A DNA stretch of 64,000 nucleotides, taken from positions 11,036,001 to 11,100,000 of the forward strand of contig OZ231126.1 in the NCBI GenBank assembly GCA_965153355.1, read 5' to 3'. The notes beneath the pieces were generated by a model, which saw only the letters and a program-made list of their open reading frames with translations, was not told the origin of the DNA and searched no databases. The translations under genes were made by a program, and so were the position numbers. The stretch comes from Flaccisagitta enflata. Its lineage: Eukaryota. Of this stretch, positions 12,580-39,967 are shown one piece after another; position 1 is the stretch's first letter; each line of letters opens with the position of its first letter.

Positions 12580-13217
12580 TGGATTTGTAACTGATTTATA
12601 TTTATTTTTACATAGATGAATACGTTTTTGTTACAAGTCGAAAGATTTTTTCCGCCTAGATAGTAATGAGCCTGATCTCTGAGTGAATTAAGAAAAAAAA
12701 AAGTTATAAAACTGAATTCCTTTGATATTGCATAAGCAAAAATGGAATAATGAACAAATTGAAAACATTTTTTTTTTTTTAAAAAGGAACAAGGCGCATA
12801 AAACTGTGGAGATCGAGATCGCTTTTCATCCAAAATATTACCCATTTTGGAAAAAAAGCCTCTCCGAGTATGCAGTTTCATAAATGCGGGTCTCCGCATT
12901 GTAAACTTGAGCAACAGATGGACGGACAAAGCCAGTATACATGCAAAAAAAAATCTCGCCTTGTTCAATTTGACGGAAAAAAAAACGAGTTAGTTAAAGT
13001 TTTATTTGTTTATCACACGAAATGGTTATGGTGAAAATGGTAGATTTTGGTCATTTTTGTTTGCATAATTCAATTGGGCTACTCCCCTTTTGAAATCCAT
13101 GAGATTATAAAACTAGAGCTTAAGAGCTAACCAGTGATGCAATCGGCATGTTTCCTTCACTTTTTGGAAAGATTTAAGGGCATTTCAAAGATTTCATTTT
13201 AAGGGCATTTCAAAGAT

Positions 13218-13406
13218 ACAAGGCTGGATACACGGCAATCCAGTCGCGGACAGTTGGGCAGGAGCAGTAATGCGAAAACCGCTCGGAATTCAGAAATGTG
13301 ACGGAAGGACGGACGGAGGGATGGAGGGACGGACCGACGAACCGACCTACCGACCTACCGACCAACTGACACGGCAAGGTGTAGTGTCGCGTGTCTGCGA
13401 CTAAAA
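13218..13406 (-). mobile_element. HINE-like element nested in the Tc1 element
   Basis: Family termini plus (GGAC/CGAC)n. Confidence 0.65.
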
Positions 13407-14048
13407 ATGGGAGTAAAAAGGATAAATTCTATTTTTTCTGCCATTTTTGAAAGAACAAGACCAACTTCAAACTGATGGCATTTTCAAATGGTTTGATGCA
13501 CTGATAGGAGATTGTGCTCAGATTGTAAATTTTTCAACATAGATTAAAATGCTCATAAATTTAGTTTATCTATCTTAACAAGAAGTCAAGATATCTCTCT
13601 TTAAAAGGTTTTTCCAAACACATTTCCTAGATAGTTATGAGTGCTTATTTACTCTTTTTTTTTTTTTGTATCAACTATAAGGCCGAGGTAAATATCTAAT
13701 CTTGTGATACCGGTTGGTTTCTAAGACATGTTGCTCTGAAAGTAAACAGCATTGGTATATGGGAAAAGGACTAACTGGCAAAAAATCGACCCATGGTCGA
13801 TACTGAGTCGATACTTTTTTTGGGATCGACCATGATTAGATCGACCTGGTCGATACTGTAAAACAAAAAATCGTGACACCTCTGCTACATATGACGTTTT
13901 TTGTATCCTAATTTCATGGTATTGGGTCAATTAGGGAAAAAATTTCAAAGACGATACTGATCTTTTGTTTTTATCAGGCTTTCCCGTTTGGGCGAAGCTT
14001 TAATTCGTGTAGATTCAGGTTGAAATGTATTTAACACAGCTCTCACCT

Positions 14049-14133
14049 TGCCCTAACGCTAGCTCTGACCCTAACCCTAACCCTAAAACCACCCCCAACC
14101 CCAATCTTAACCCTAACCCTACCCCTAACCCTA
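14049..14133. repeat. Degenerate (CCCTAA)n telomere-like tract
   Basis: Several perfect and imperfect CCCTAA units inside the Tc1 element. Confidence 0.6.
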
Positions 14134-15417
14134 AATAAAAACCAGCTTAGAAAGTCAGTAAAACAAAAGACATCACCGAATTCAAAAACAGTACCGTTTT
14201 GACCTTTCATCTTTAAACTGCTCTCATTTCTAAACTCTTCAAGCTACAGATGAGAGATTGGTTTAGAATGGAAGATAATTTTATATAGTTTTTGTATCTG
14301 AGAAAAACAATTCTTTGAAATTTCATCATGATCAACCATTTTCCTTTTTATTGGAAAGCAAGGCCAGATACAAGGCTACCAAAGTCGCGTGCGGGTGGGC
14401 AGGGGCAACATTTGAGGTCACTAGACCATGTGGGAAGGAGCAGTGAGGTGAAAGAAATAAAATCATAAAATAAGTAGAATGTGACCAACCGACCGACCGA
14501 CCAACCAACAGACAAAGCGGGTTTTAGAGTCACGTGCACACGACTGAAAACAATCTTTGATTAAGTTTTTGTAAGATTTTTGTTAAAATTTTGATAGTAT
14601 TTGCCTAAAGTTCACTGTTCTGTGATAAAACCTGGCTATTTCTAACATTGGGGTCTTAGAATTTATCACTTGACTTTAATCAAGCATCTGAATTTTGAAA
14701 CACATTGAATTTTTTGCATTTTTTAAGTCAAAATTTGCGAGAAAACCACCTTTTTTGTTGAATTTACTGCATAATTTCAAACATGGATTTCTGCTGAATT
14801 TCAAGACCCACTTCTATGAAAATTTGATACAAAAAATGTCATACATAGTGCTTTTATGAGAAAAAAAATTCAAATTGAAAAGTCAAATAGCTTTAGCACA
14901 ATAAAGGTTCCTTTCGTGTCAAATGAGATTGAATGCCCTGTTGGCTAGAGACCGTACGAAGACTTTCATCTTTCTTTTACAATTTTCATATCTCTATAAA
15001 ACAAAGCTGGTTAAACAACTACCTTAGTCGCGTGTGGGTGGGCAGGGGCATCGGTGTGAGGAAACTAAGGATAGGAGCATATACACGAAATTAGTAGAGT
15101 AGTGGGGTTTATGAGAGCTCCTGAATCCTCATGCGTCGGCGTCAACGGCCTTGCCCTTTTTGCGTCCAAATGGAAACTTCCGCGCCGGCTGACTGATGAG
15201 TGATGAGTCACGCCCGAGCGAGGCAATTGCGGTCAGTCCATAAAGAAAAATTAAAGATGATGATGATGATCTCGCTTCTTCATGACAATTTCTCATTGGT
15301 TTTCTCTCTGTGAACAAAACGCAATCGCACTAGGGAGCAAAACGATTCTTTCGTGGAATTATCTGTATTTGATCACTGCACTGTTTCTTCCCTAATTATC
15401 GGGCCTCATTTAGTCAT

Positions 15418-15628
15418 AACAAGGCCGGATACACGGCTACCGAAGTCGCGTGCGGGTGGGCAGGGGCCATATTTGAGGTCACCAGACCATTTGGGCAGGA
15501 GCAGTGAGGTCAAAGAAATAAAATCATAAAAAAAAGTAAAGTGTGACCGACCGACCAACCGACCGACCGACCGACCGACCGACCGACGGACAAAGCGGGT
15601 TGTAGAGTCATGTGCACGCGACTTAAAA
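15418..15628 (-). mobile_element. HINE-like element (subfamily also at 14358-14550 and 46530-46695)
   Basis: Shared internal CCTCACTGCTCCTGCCCAAATGGTCTGGTGACCTCAAATATGGCCCC module. Confidence 0.7.
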
Positions 15629-15865
15629 ATGAGGAGATACTTGACGCAAAGAATGATTCCTTCCTTGTTGAAACGTGTATGAAATATAAATCTGCAATAT
15701 GCAAATGAGGTTGGGCTGAATTCGGTGGAACACGGAATTATCTGTGAAAGTGCTGCTGCGGCGGTAGATTGTGCCAAACTTGCACAGCGGCGGAAAGCTT
15801 TGTTCTCTCTTCCCTTAATCTTTCAAGGTTCCGCCTTCTTTTATTTATTTCTTCCGTAATTTTCT

Positions 15866-16031
15866 TTTTAGTCGCGGACAAGCGACTCTATAAGAGGCTT
15901 TGTCCGTCCGTCCGTCCGTTGGTCGGTTGGTTGGTCGGTCCGTGGTGATCGAGTTGAAAAGTGTGAAAACGCGCATTTCCGCCCCTGCCCACCCGTCCGC
16001 GACTGGTATTGGCCGTGTATCCGGCCTTGTT
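15866..16031 (+). mobile_element. DINE-1/HINE-like (Helentron-type) non-autonomous element; reference copy of the dominant family
   Basis: T-run, 5' hairpin AGTCGC-GGACAA-GCGACT, then CTATAAGAGG, (GTCY)n microsatellite, CCCTGCCCACCC, subterminal inverted copy GTCCGCGACT and 3' stem-loop GGCCG-TGTATC-CGGCC, ending in TTGTT. No TSD; T-rich target. At least 25 full or partial relatives in the window. Confidence 0.75.
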
Positions 16032-16868
16032 CCCTTATTCCTTCCTCCCCCTTTCTCCCTACATTAGCCCCTTGACCGGTCGCATCTCCCGCACTATGGC
16101 GCGGGCGCTGCGTAGCATTGCTAAGATGCTACAGAGAACCGGCACCTCAGTTACTATCACCCAATGATTCTTTATCGGAATCGCTTAATTGACCTCACAT
16201 TCGTCAATCATATTGCACCGTGTTCCCTAGCTTTGGTAGGTAGGGAAAAATGACTCAGCATAACGACCTTAACTGAGCTGTAACTAGCATGTAGAGGCAT
16301 CTCACTATATATAAAAATAAAACTTCTGTTGGACTTTTTTAAATATACTATATTGGCTACTAAAACGCGCCAACTCAGTGAAATTGAGAGAGAGAAAAAG
16401 TTGTCAGAAATTTTTATGTCCCTCAACCCTAGCGTATATGCTACAAAATTTAAGAAAATATCATTATTTTTATCAGACTTTGCTTGATTTATCACAGAGT
16501 CAGACCACGGTACTTTTTTTGGCGATGAAAATAGTGATAATTACCAGAAATGAAAAAAATGCTTAGAAAATCTCGTTTTTACTGAAATCAGAGAACCGTG
16601 TGGTCATGTTCGCCCATACGCCTTGTAGATTAAGCTTTGCTGATTCTAAATCTGTTTTTAAAAATCACGTGCGATATGGCGGGAAATGGCGAGAGGCAAA
16701 ACCGTGATCCCTTTTCATTATATATTAGATTTTTCTTAGATCGATAAAGATAGGGGTCAAGGTCCACTATAGAGGTAGGAGAATAAATATTGTCATGGAA
16801 TCGACGCGTAAAACTGATGCAGACGATTCATGCGTTGTGTTCCCGTTGCTACGTAATTTCAGTTTCGT

Positions 16869-17310
16869 TTTTAGTCACGTGCTACGCAACTCTACACCCC
16901 GCTTTGTTGGCATGTTTGTCCGTTGGTCCATCTGTTGGTCCATCCGTCCGTCCATCACAGTTTACTTTTTTTGTTTTGTTTTTTTTTTTGCGGTTTTTGG
17001 CTTCACTGCTCCTGCCAAAATGATGGAGTGACCTCAATTATGGCCCCTGCCCACCCACACGCAACCTGGGTAGCCGTGTATCCGGCCTTCTAAAACTCTT
17101 TATTGTAAGTTTGAAACAAACAAGGCCGGATACAAGGCTACCCCAGTTGCATGCAGGTGGGCAGGGGCCTTAATTGAGGTCACTGCATCATTTGGGAAGG
17201 TGCAGTGAGGCCAGAGACCCCATAAAACAAAAAAAAGTAAAGTGTGATGGACCGACGGACGGACCGATGGACGGATGGACCGACATAGTAATGTAGCACG
17301 CGACTAAAAA
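16869..17310. mobile_element. Two HINE-like elements, tail-to-tail inverted
   Basis: 16869-17089 (+) and 17120-17310 (-), about 30 bp apart. Confidence 0.7.
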
Positions 17311-17385
17311 TAAGATATAGGCTCAGAACAATATCAATATTTATGGGGATTGCCCAGGACAAGTTGTCCAAAGGAAGCACACCGA

Positions 17386-18625
17386 TTTTTAGTTGCATGC
17401 TATGCGACTCTACACCCCGCTCTGTCGGTGCGTCTGTCGGTTGGGCGGTTGGTCAGTTGGTCCCCTTTTTGGGCAGCGGCCCCAAAGTGTCAATGTCCTG
17501 TAGGACACAGGGGTGAACCATTGTGTACATGTGTCCATCCCCCCTCCAAAGCTTCTCAATCCTCAAATTCCCATTGAATAACATGGGAAATTGATAATAT
17601 GCAAACTTCCCATTAAATAACATGGAAAATTGATAAAAAAATTTTAAAAATGTGAAATTCCCATTGAATAACGTGGCAAATTGATGAGAAATTGAAGAAA
17701 TGCAAAACTCCCATTGAAAAATCATGGAAAATTGCTCCAAAGCCGTCAATTATGCCCCCTAAAAACATATGGAAATTCATCTATGTCCTACAGGACATCT
17801 GCTCTTTGGGGCCGCTGCCCTGCTCTCATTCCACTTCTTCAGCCATCACTCCAAGCAGGGCATCGGGTGATGCTGACCATGTGCGATCCTTGAATGACTT
17901 GATCTTCTTCTTCTTCTTCCCTTTCTATTCTAGTTCTTCCTCTTTTTGCTCTTTTTTGGGCAGCGGCCCCAAATATGGGGGAATTTTGAGACATCCATCC
18001 TTTTGTCCGTTTTTCCGTCCGTCCTCCCATCCATTTTTTTCGTCCGTCCATCCTTCCATCCGTCTGTCCCCCCATTGACCATCAAGGCCTAAAATTACCC
18101 CTCCCAAGCCTCAATTTAGCCCTCCAGGCCTCAAATTAGCCCTCGGCTTTAAATCAGCCCCATATATGCCTCAAATCTGCCCCCCACACCTCAAATCTGC
18201 TCTCCAGACCTTCAATCAGCCCTCCAAGCATAAAATCAGCCCTCTAAACCTCGAATCTGCTCTCTGAGCTTTAATTCTGCCCTCCAGCCCTCAAATATGC
18301 CTTCAGTGGCCTAAATCAGCCAACTAAAGCCTGAAATATGCCCCCTCAGGATTGACAGAAGGACGGACGTCTCCATATTCACCCCTGTATTCTACCAGAC
18401 ATTGGCCCTTTAGGGCCGCTGCCCTTCTCTCACTACTTCTTAACTGGATCATTCTCAGCATGGCATTGGGTACCACTGACCATGTGCGATCCTTGGATGA
18501 CTAGTTACTTTTTTGGCGTTTTTGAGCATTTTGAGCATACAGCTCCTGCCCAGATGCCCTAGTGACCTTCTCCTGCTCCTGTCCACCCGGACGCGACTAG
18601 GGTAGCCGTGTATCCGGCCTTGTTT
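17386..18625 (+). mobile_element. HINE-like element containing two tandem GGGCAGCGGCCCC-family elements (17471-17901, 17958-18506)
   Basis: Host halves rejoin across the insert. The inserts have inverted subterminal repeats and internal ~37-bp and ~21-bp tandem arrays respectively. Confidence 0.7.
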
Positions 18626-20725
18626 TTTTAAAATGGCTGAAATTCATTCTTGCCAAGACCTTTCCAACTTTCACATTGTCATATGGTGGAGTAAGCTAGG
18701 TGCGCGTGAACTGTTATCGTACACAGACCGCTGCCCTCAATTTTTGAAAGAAAATGCCCTCAAATGTGCAGAAATGCACATCAAAAATCATGATCAATCA
18801 TAAAACCATTGAAAAAAAATTTCCAAAATGTCATGTGAATTAGGTGATTTAACAACGTTTTGGTTTTCTTATTGAAATAATAAATTTTTTTTCCAATGTT
18901 GCATATTTGGTGGGGCAAAATAGAAATTGAAGCGAATTTACTCTTTCAGATACAGCGACGTCTTATTTTCTTTCAGACAGTCAGTTACCGCCCCTGCCCA
19001 CCCATACATGACAATATTTGCTGTTTCTTTGGCCCTAATGCTGAGTTTGAATGCGCCCCTTTAAAGGGTTCAATTAAGTCTCGGTCAGTGTGTCTGTTTC
19101 TGTGTCTCTGTCTGTCTCTGCCTGTCTGTCTGTCTCTGTCTGTCTGTCTCTGACAGTGTCTCTCTGTCTCTCTCTCATTCTCCTTCAGATGAAGCATGTT
19201 TTGACCTATCAAAAGACGTTTTAGGTTTGGTGCAAAATGAGACCATTACACTCATGTTTCGACTCTCTAGCAATCTCACATGTGCCAGCGTGTCAGCCAG
19301 TATCAAAATTAGTCACCTGGCAAGATTTTACTTTGGGGGCGCACATATTAATGCATTTTGAAACTCGGTATGGCCTAATTTTTTCGAGGAAAAAAAAAGT
19401 GCCAGAAAACGATTGGTGGATTCCACTCACATTCAGTTACATAGGGGCCATGAAAATCATCTAAAGTGTCATTGATGGTTCTAATTATCAAAATACATGT
19501 AATTACGAGTCAATCCATGTGCACATAAGGATTTTTGACCATTTTAGCCGTTTTCGATTGAGTACCCTAAATATACATATAAAAACACATTTTTAAGTGC
19601 GTCCTCGCACTTCTATAAGAGGACATGTCCGTTGGTTGGTCGGTTGGTCGGTCAGTCGGTCACGCAAACGTTTGAAAGGGTTCATTCTGACGTATTTCGT
19701 CGTTCCTATCACCATTTATGCCTTACCACATTCATTTTCATTCATTCCTTCATTCATTCATTCATTCATTCATCAAAAACGTTCATTCACAAGTTCTTAA
19801 TCAAGCGAGGCGCACTTATTGGCCTTTACTTGGCCTTGTTTTTTCATTATTTTCCATAAATCTTCATGATCAAATTTTAGATAATTTTCGAGTTCAGAAT
19901 AGAATTAAGATGTTTTTCATTTTGTTAGATATGTCACATTATATACTTTCTAAAAAGAAGGAAGTTTATTTTGTCTTCAAAATACTCAAAACAATACATA
20001 CTATTGTAGTTTACACCAAAAAAATAACCTTTTTTTTGAAAGAATCTAGTGTGACAAATTAAATGAACCAGAAAGTCCTTTCTGAGTTCAAATCCACATT
20101 CAAATATACTGTAAAAATTGACCCTAAAGAATTACAACTTAACACACAAAAATCTTTTGTGTTTTTTGGTTTTTTTCTCAAAGAAATATCAATAGAATTC
20201 TTAGTTTTTATTCTGGTAACACACCTCTCACTTAAACAATACCCCAGAATCGGAAGCTATGCTGAGTCATTTTTTCCTACCTACCACAGCTAGGGAACAC
20301 GGTAAATACAGCACCATGTGTTAACTGTGTGTTAACTATTGTCTTTTTTTCAAAATCATGCTCTTAAATCAACCATTCTCGCTTCGTCTATCCATTTCTC
20401 TGGTAACTGATATGAATCCCACAAACAAAACGCAAATTCAATGCAATACCACCGATATCCGATGCTTTATATTCTTAAAAATAGTTGATAATTCGTTTTT
20501 TTTTTTTACAGCAGTAATGATTTATGAGCATAGTCAGTTAGTTTAATCATGATTGTTAACGCCTGTACTTAATGAACGAACAAACGAGCAATGGTCCATG
20601 AAATGATAATTATTTTTTTGAAGTTTTGTTTTTTATCATACATATATTTTGAACAAAAAGGTACGTAAGCCGTGATAGATTAGGTATATATAATATACAT
20701 AAATCATAAATGAGCTCTCGCTTCT

Positions 20726-20731
20726 TTTATT
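20726..20731 (-). terminator. Candidate Csk polyadenylation signal (AATAAA), implying a ~2.2-kb 3' UTR
   Basis: Minus-strand AATAAA at the end of the relatively GC-rich tract downstream of the stop, followed by A/T-rich sequence. Other sites are possible. Confidence 0.25.
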
Positions 20732-22539
20732 TTTACTTTGCCGATTGCCAAAGAAAAGTAAGACGCGGTGGACATACACAATTTGAACAAACAGGCGAGA
20801 GAGAGAGAGTATTTTGACACCAATGACATGAATAGAAAAAGCGAACATCATTCATAACAGTTGCAGTGAACATTCACAGTATAATTCACAGTATTATCAT
20901 AATCATAGGCGGACGCGGAATAAGTTTGTAAAAAGAATGGCAAAGTGGTAGCGACATGACAATAAAGCATTTTTAACACCAACTCACATGTTTGTCTTGG
21001 CCAGATGCAATCAGTTATTTTCTAAGCAAAATATGTTTACATAACAAATTTGGTATTTACTCCGATGTGTATTTGCATAATACCTAGAAAAGAGGCATTA
21101 ATTTGTCTTTTTTTTCCAATCGAATTTTTTTTTTCAAATCCCTCATGGACCATAAGATGATATTCTAGCAGCGCTTTTGCTATAGAAGGAAGTTTCACTT
21201 GAAGGAAGAGAAAAAATGAAATCAGTGAGAAAAACATAGAGAGGAAAAGTCATAAAAAAACAACTGAACAAGATGGACTAGCGTCGCAGAGGCGGCGACG
21301 CGCCAGCAGCCACGGCAGCGATGCGCTAGCAAGGTCAATGACGTCGTACAAAGTCAACACCTGTTGCCGTTGGCAACATCGAATCGGTCCCATAACGTCA
21401 ACGATGATGCACAGAACTACGGTTTGTTGGTAGCAATGCGCCGCTATGCATTGGTGACTTCAGTGGTGGTGCAGTGGCAATTTTGGTAGTGATGCGCCGC
21501 ACTGACCTAGTAGTCTCTATGGTGATGCAGTGGCAATGTTAGTGGCGATGCACTGCACTGCGTGGTGGCGTCTGTGTTGATATGGTAGCAATGCTGGTAG
21601 TGATGCACTGCAAATCACCGGTTGCGTCTGTGGTAATACAGTGGCGATGTTGGTTGTGATCATGTGATGCATCAAAAAAGCGCAGCGACGCGCCTCCCAT
21701 GTAGGCATCTACGATGCACTAACAAAAGTGAAGGCGGCGATGCACAAATGGAGACATCATCGCCAACGTACTGACGACAACGTCAAGGGTGGCGCACCAA
21801 CTACAATGAAGGCAACAACGCACCCGTTAAGAAACCATTACCAAATCACTGGTGAAAGTGTCAACGGCGATGCACCGACTAAAGTGAAGGCAGCGACGCA
21901 TCCACGAAGTAATCATCACCGACGCGCTGACGGCAACGTCGGATGCTACAAAAAGGCGAAACCGAAGTAGAATTTAGAAATGGTATATCCTCATTTCAGT
22001 AACACAACAAAAAAAGAAAGAAAATAACAATTACATCGACAAATATCAAGACGATGGACGGGAAGGACGCTTTTTCTTTCAAAGGGGGCAGGGGGAAGGT
22101 GACGATGAGCGAGCTAAGGGCGTTGGAGAGCGAGTCGAGGAGGAGAGGAGGAAGGGGAGGAGGAGGAAGGGGAGGAGAAGGAGCAATGACGATGAGCGAG
22201 TCTAAGGGAGCGGTGGGAAGTAATTGGCATTCATCCGTGTATTTGTTTTTCGAACAAATGAAATTCAAGAAGCTGCTGAAGTTTCGACCCCATGTAACTT
22301 TCTGCGATCGATTTCCAATGAATTTAATGGAACATGTTGCTGTTGCCGTCGCTGTTGCTGTTGTAGTTTCAATCTCGCATCCCCTTTTGTCGACAACATC
22401 GAATGAAGGAAAATAAAGGGGCCTTAGTAGTTTCAATCTCATGTAACATCTCTAGTTATGAGGTTGTTGTCGTTTTGATCTCGCAAGTTTTTTTTCGGAT
22501 GAATGAAGTTCAAGAAGCTGTAGCCGTTTCAGCTCAATC

Positions 22540-22705
22540 TTTTTAGTCGCGGACGAGCGACTCTGTGAGAGGCTTTGTCCGTCCGTCCATCCGTCCGTCC
22601 GTCCGTCCGTCCGTTGGTGAGCAAGAGTCGAAAAGTGGAAAAACCAGCGTTTCCGCCCCTGCCCACCTGTCCGCGACTGGTATTGGACGTGTATCCGGCC
22701 TTGTT
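22540..22705 (+). mobile_element. HINE-like element in the presumptive Csk 3' UTR
   Basis: Complete termini. Confidence 0.7.
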
Positions 22706-22879
22706 TAGTTGCAGTCTGCATCTTGAATAAGAATCACGTCGAACAAATGAAATTCAAGAGGGTGTTCTAGTTTCGATCTCATGTGTTGCTAACGTCTTTG
22801 AACAAATGAAATTCGAGAGGCTGTTGGAGTTTCCATCTATCGTTTACTAGTGTTTCGAACGACGTCGAACAAACGAAAT

Positions 22880-36487
<13,608 letters not shown>

Positions 36488-36508
36488 TGTTTTAACACAT
36501 CGAACAAG

Positions 36509-36612
<104 letters not shown>

Positions 36613-37342
36613 CTTTTTCTCCTTCTAAGCGCGAATTTTTTTCCAAGCGGAGAAAACTTTTGTATTGGCGGTGATTATTTTGCATGCACTTACATGGAAC
36701 ATCTAATGGGATTAAATGACGATATACGAGTGAATCACGGTAGGATCATTCCGACCTCAACGTCACATCCGCTTTCAGCTGTTGGCCCAGCCGGCGGTCG
36801 CACAATGCAGAGGTTTACTCCCTCTACACAATGCGGGTGTAAGGGCTTGCACAACAATGATATTGCTGTAAATAAGAAAGAGTTAATTTCTTTACACATT
36901 TTCGTCACTGACAATCGCCAATACACAACGGTGCATCGGTGCATCGCCAATACACATCGGTGCATTTTAGAACAAGTCAAATACGCGAGCATTGTAGATC
37001 GTGTTACGGTTGCATGATTGTAATAAACCGGCAAAGACCGTCATGATTGTAATAAACCGTCCGATCGACCAAACAACGGGCGTAAGAAAAAAGCCTCTTG
37101 TATACGTGCATCGGCGCAAGCAAAAATTTTATTTATGCATGACGCGAAGTGTAAAAGTCAAGATCACAGACTAATTTCTCACACATCGATCATCCGACGG
37201 GCGGACCGACCGACGAAGCGGGTGACGTAGTGAAGTGCACACGACTAAAGAGATTTACTTGTTATGCAAACTGCAGGGGTTGGCTCTGAAATAGTGAAAC
37301 AGTCTGTTAATCTCTGTTCCGAAGAAGAACCAAGATCCGCAA

Positions 37343-37388
<46 letters not shown>

Positions 37389-38139
37389 TCCACTCCTCGA
37401 TGCCAAAAGAAATACTTTTGATTGTAACCAACAGAGCCAAGTCTCTTTTTAAACGTGATTCATGATGAGAGGCGTTGTGACAACATTCACGCTTTTCATT
37501 TTGTAAGAACATGGATATTTGAAATGAGCCTCAGCGTTTTTATTTTTAGCTCTGTTTTGAGGCTCAAGTGTTCTTAACTTTTTTTTTATAATAATTTTTC
37601 TATAATTATATATTTATAATATCATAATGATTTATTCTAAGCAGCCGTATAAAAAAACATAAAAAAATCTAAAATTAACATTCAGTAAATGATGAATTAT
37701 CATTATAAAAATAATTATCAAAATATCAATCAAAAAAGATTTTTTCTTTAATTTTACTAATTTTTTAAAAAATTGATTATTTTTTTTTGCCAAATCTGAA
37801 GCTGATGTTCTTTTAAACAGTGTTCTTATGAAAAGAAAAGCGTAAATTGTATGATTTACCCACTAAAACTTTTTGGCTGCAGACACGCAACTCTATTAGA
37901 GGATTTGTCCGTCCGTCGGCCCATCAGTCTGTTTGTCCATCCGTTGGTCCGTGGACATGAGTCAAAAAGTGCAAAAATGAGCGTTTTAGATGGTTTTTGT
38001 GTATGCAAGGGGGCATGAGGTGTGGATGGGTGTTGGATGCCCTTGCCCACCCGTCCGCGACAATATTTTGACCCGTATCACTTATTTGCTGTTATTCGCA
38101 ATGGCCATTGCAATGCATTTTGCTAGATTTGAATTCAAG

Positions 38140-38234
<95 letters not shown>

Positions 38235-38586
38235 AGAGAGAGACGGACGGACGGACTGACTGACAAACAAGTTACACAATATCGTTGTGAACGGGTGGGC
38301 AGGGGCAAACAATCTACATGCATACCCTCCCCCACCCTATGCTCACTCAAACACGCAAACAATCATAACTGCAGCATCAGAGATGCGCATTTTCACACTA
38401 TTCAACTCAATCATCACGGACCAACGGAAGGACGGATGGACGAACAGACGGACGGATCGACTGACAAAGCCTCTTATAGAGTTGTGTATCCGCAATAAAA
38501 ATTGTCACAGTAACGCAGGCAAACTCAAAAGTAAGCAAGGTATTTTCGTAACCAGAATCACAACTTACAAATACAGTGGAGCTTCA

Positions 38587-39174
38587 CTAACAGGTGTAAC
38601 ACAATTATTGGAACTCAGGTAAATGGCCATCAAATCTATATCATAATAGATATCTATGTGCAGTGTTTTCCATCAGGTAGAGGATACAAAAATCTTTATT
38701 TTGATCATGAATTTTGTCAATTTTGGTTTAGGCAAAGTCAAGTTATGGTAAAAACAGTTACAATTTGTTTTATGAAATCTTTAAAAAAAATCACTACAAA
38801 GTTCACTTATCTTTAAAACACTGTAAAGTCTAAATGAAGAAAGCTACCATAACCAGATTGGTCTAATTTTAAAAAGTTGTCTTTACTCTTTCAAATGCAA
38901 CCAATCTGAGTATGGTAGCTTATTTTGTTTAGATACAGTACTCTTCTAAATTTGGTACTAATTCTCAGATTAATATTTTTTTATTTTCTGATGGTAAATG
39001 AAAAAAACAAATATGGCAAGCTGTAATGAACTGAAACTGCAAAATTCAACCAGAAGGTATATCTAGTTACATAAATTTACATATTTGTAAAGAATAAGCA
39101 CAATATTATCTAAAAGAAATTTAATAAATCAAGTTATCTTGCTCCAGTCCTAATAATTGTGTTACACCTGTTAG
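38587..39174. mobile_element. MITE with CTAACAGGTGTAACACAATTATT TIR
   Basis: Inverted termini at 38587-38615 and 39146-39174, with an internal inverted repeat. A solo copy of the same terminus sits at 2034-2064. Confidence 0.7.
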
Positions 39175-39853
39175 AGCGCACCCGCAAATAAAGCATGCCC
39201 GCCTATAAGATATACAACTTGCAGTCCAATGAGAGATTTTGTTGTTATTTTGATACTGGCAATAAGGCAGCTTCATTGTAAGGCATAATTTGGCCCAATC
39301 GCTCGTGAAGCTTTACTGTAATGCGTTCAAACAAACGGTGCACAAATCGATAGACAAGCATTGACGCACGTAATTATAAAAAAATGGACGCAAAGAGAAA
39401 AAACACTTTTTCCCCTTTTTGCAGCGAAAAAAAACCTCGGGATTGGTGAGAAGACAGGGCAAAGGTGTTAAGGCTCGGACAAATTCAAAGGCGTCAATTA
39501 CTTCTCTTTAACATTTTTTTTTGCCCAAAGTGGAAAAAAGTGAGAAAAATGTATTCAAAAAAAGAGAAAAACGAATTGAAGAGCGTTATTACCTAGCTTG
39601 ACAAAAAAAGGCATTTGAAATAGAAAAAATGCTGAAAAATGAAACGTGATAAGAAAAAGAGGAGAAAGAAAAGAAATATTTGAAATATATAAAAAAAAAA
39701 AAAAAGAGGAGAGCATATTTGCCCTTGAATTAGAATCTTTGTGTCAACCCAAGATAGAAAATTTGGGATCTCGTCCAACAGACTTTGTAACCTTTGAGAA
39801 TTAGATGAAATTTCTCCAGATCCCCCGCCCTTCAAAAATGAGACAAAGAGAGG

Positions 39854-39923
<70 letters not shown>

Positions 39924-39967
39924 ATGAGAATATGAATGATTAAGAATGGGAGTCAAACAGACACAGA

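Larger units (their letters stand above)
11842..14940 (+). mobile_element. Internally deleted Tc1-like DNA transposon with secondary insertions
   Basis: ~100-bp imperfect TIRs (CAGGGTCTTCAAACTCATTTGACACGAAAAGAACC / GGTTCCTTTCGTGTCAAATGAGATTGAATGCCCTG). TA on the left flank. Transposase remnant inside. Confidence 0.7.

Noticed and set aside
14049-14133. Possible chromosome-fusion telomere relic
   Set aside because: Short, degenerate, single orientation and inside a transposon.
15193-15215. CTGATGA followed by a GTGA/TCAC stem, resembling a hammerhead ribozyme core
   Set aside because: The required GAAA after stem II is absent (GCCC follows). Similar partial matches at ~32370 and ~42265 (minus) also lack it.
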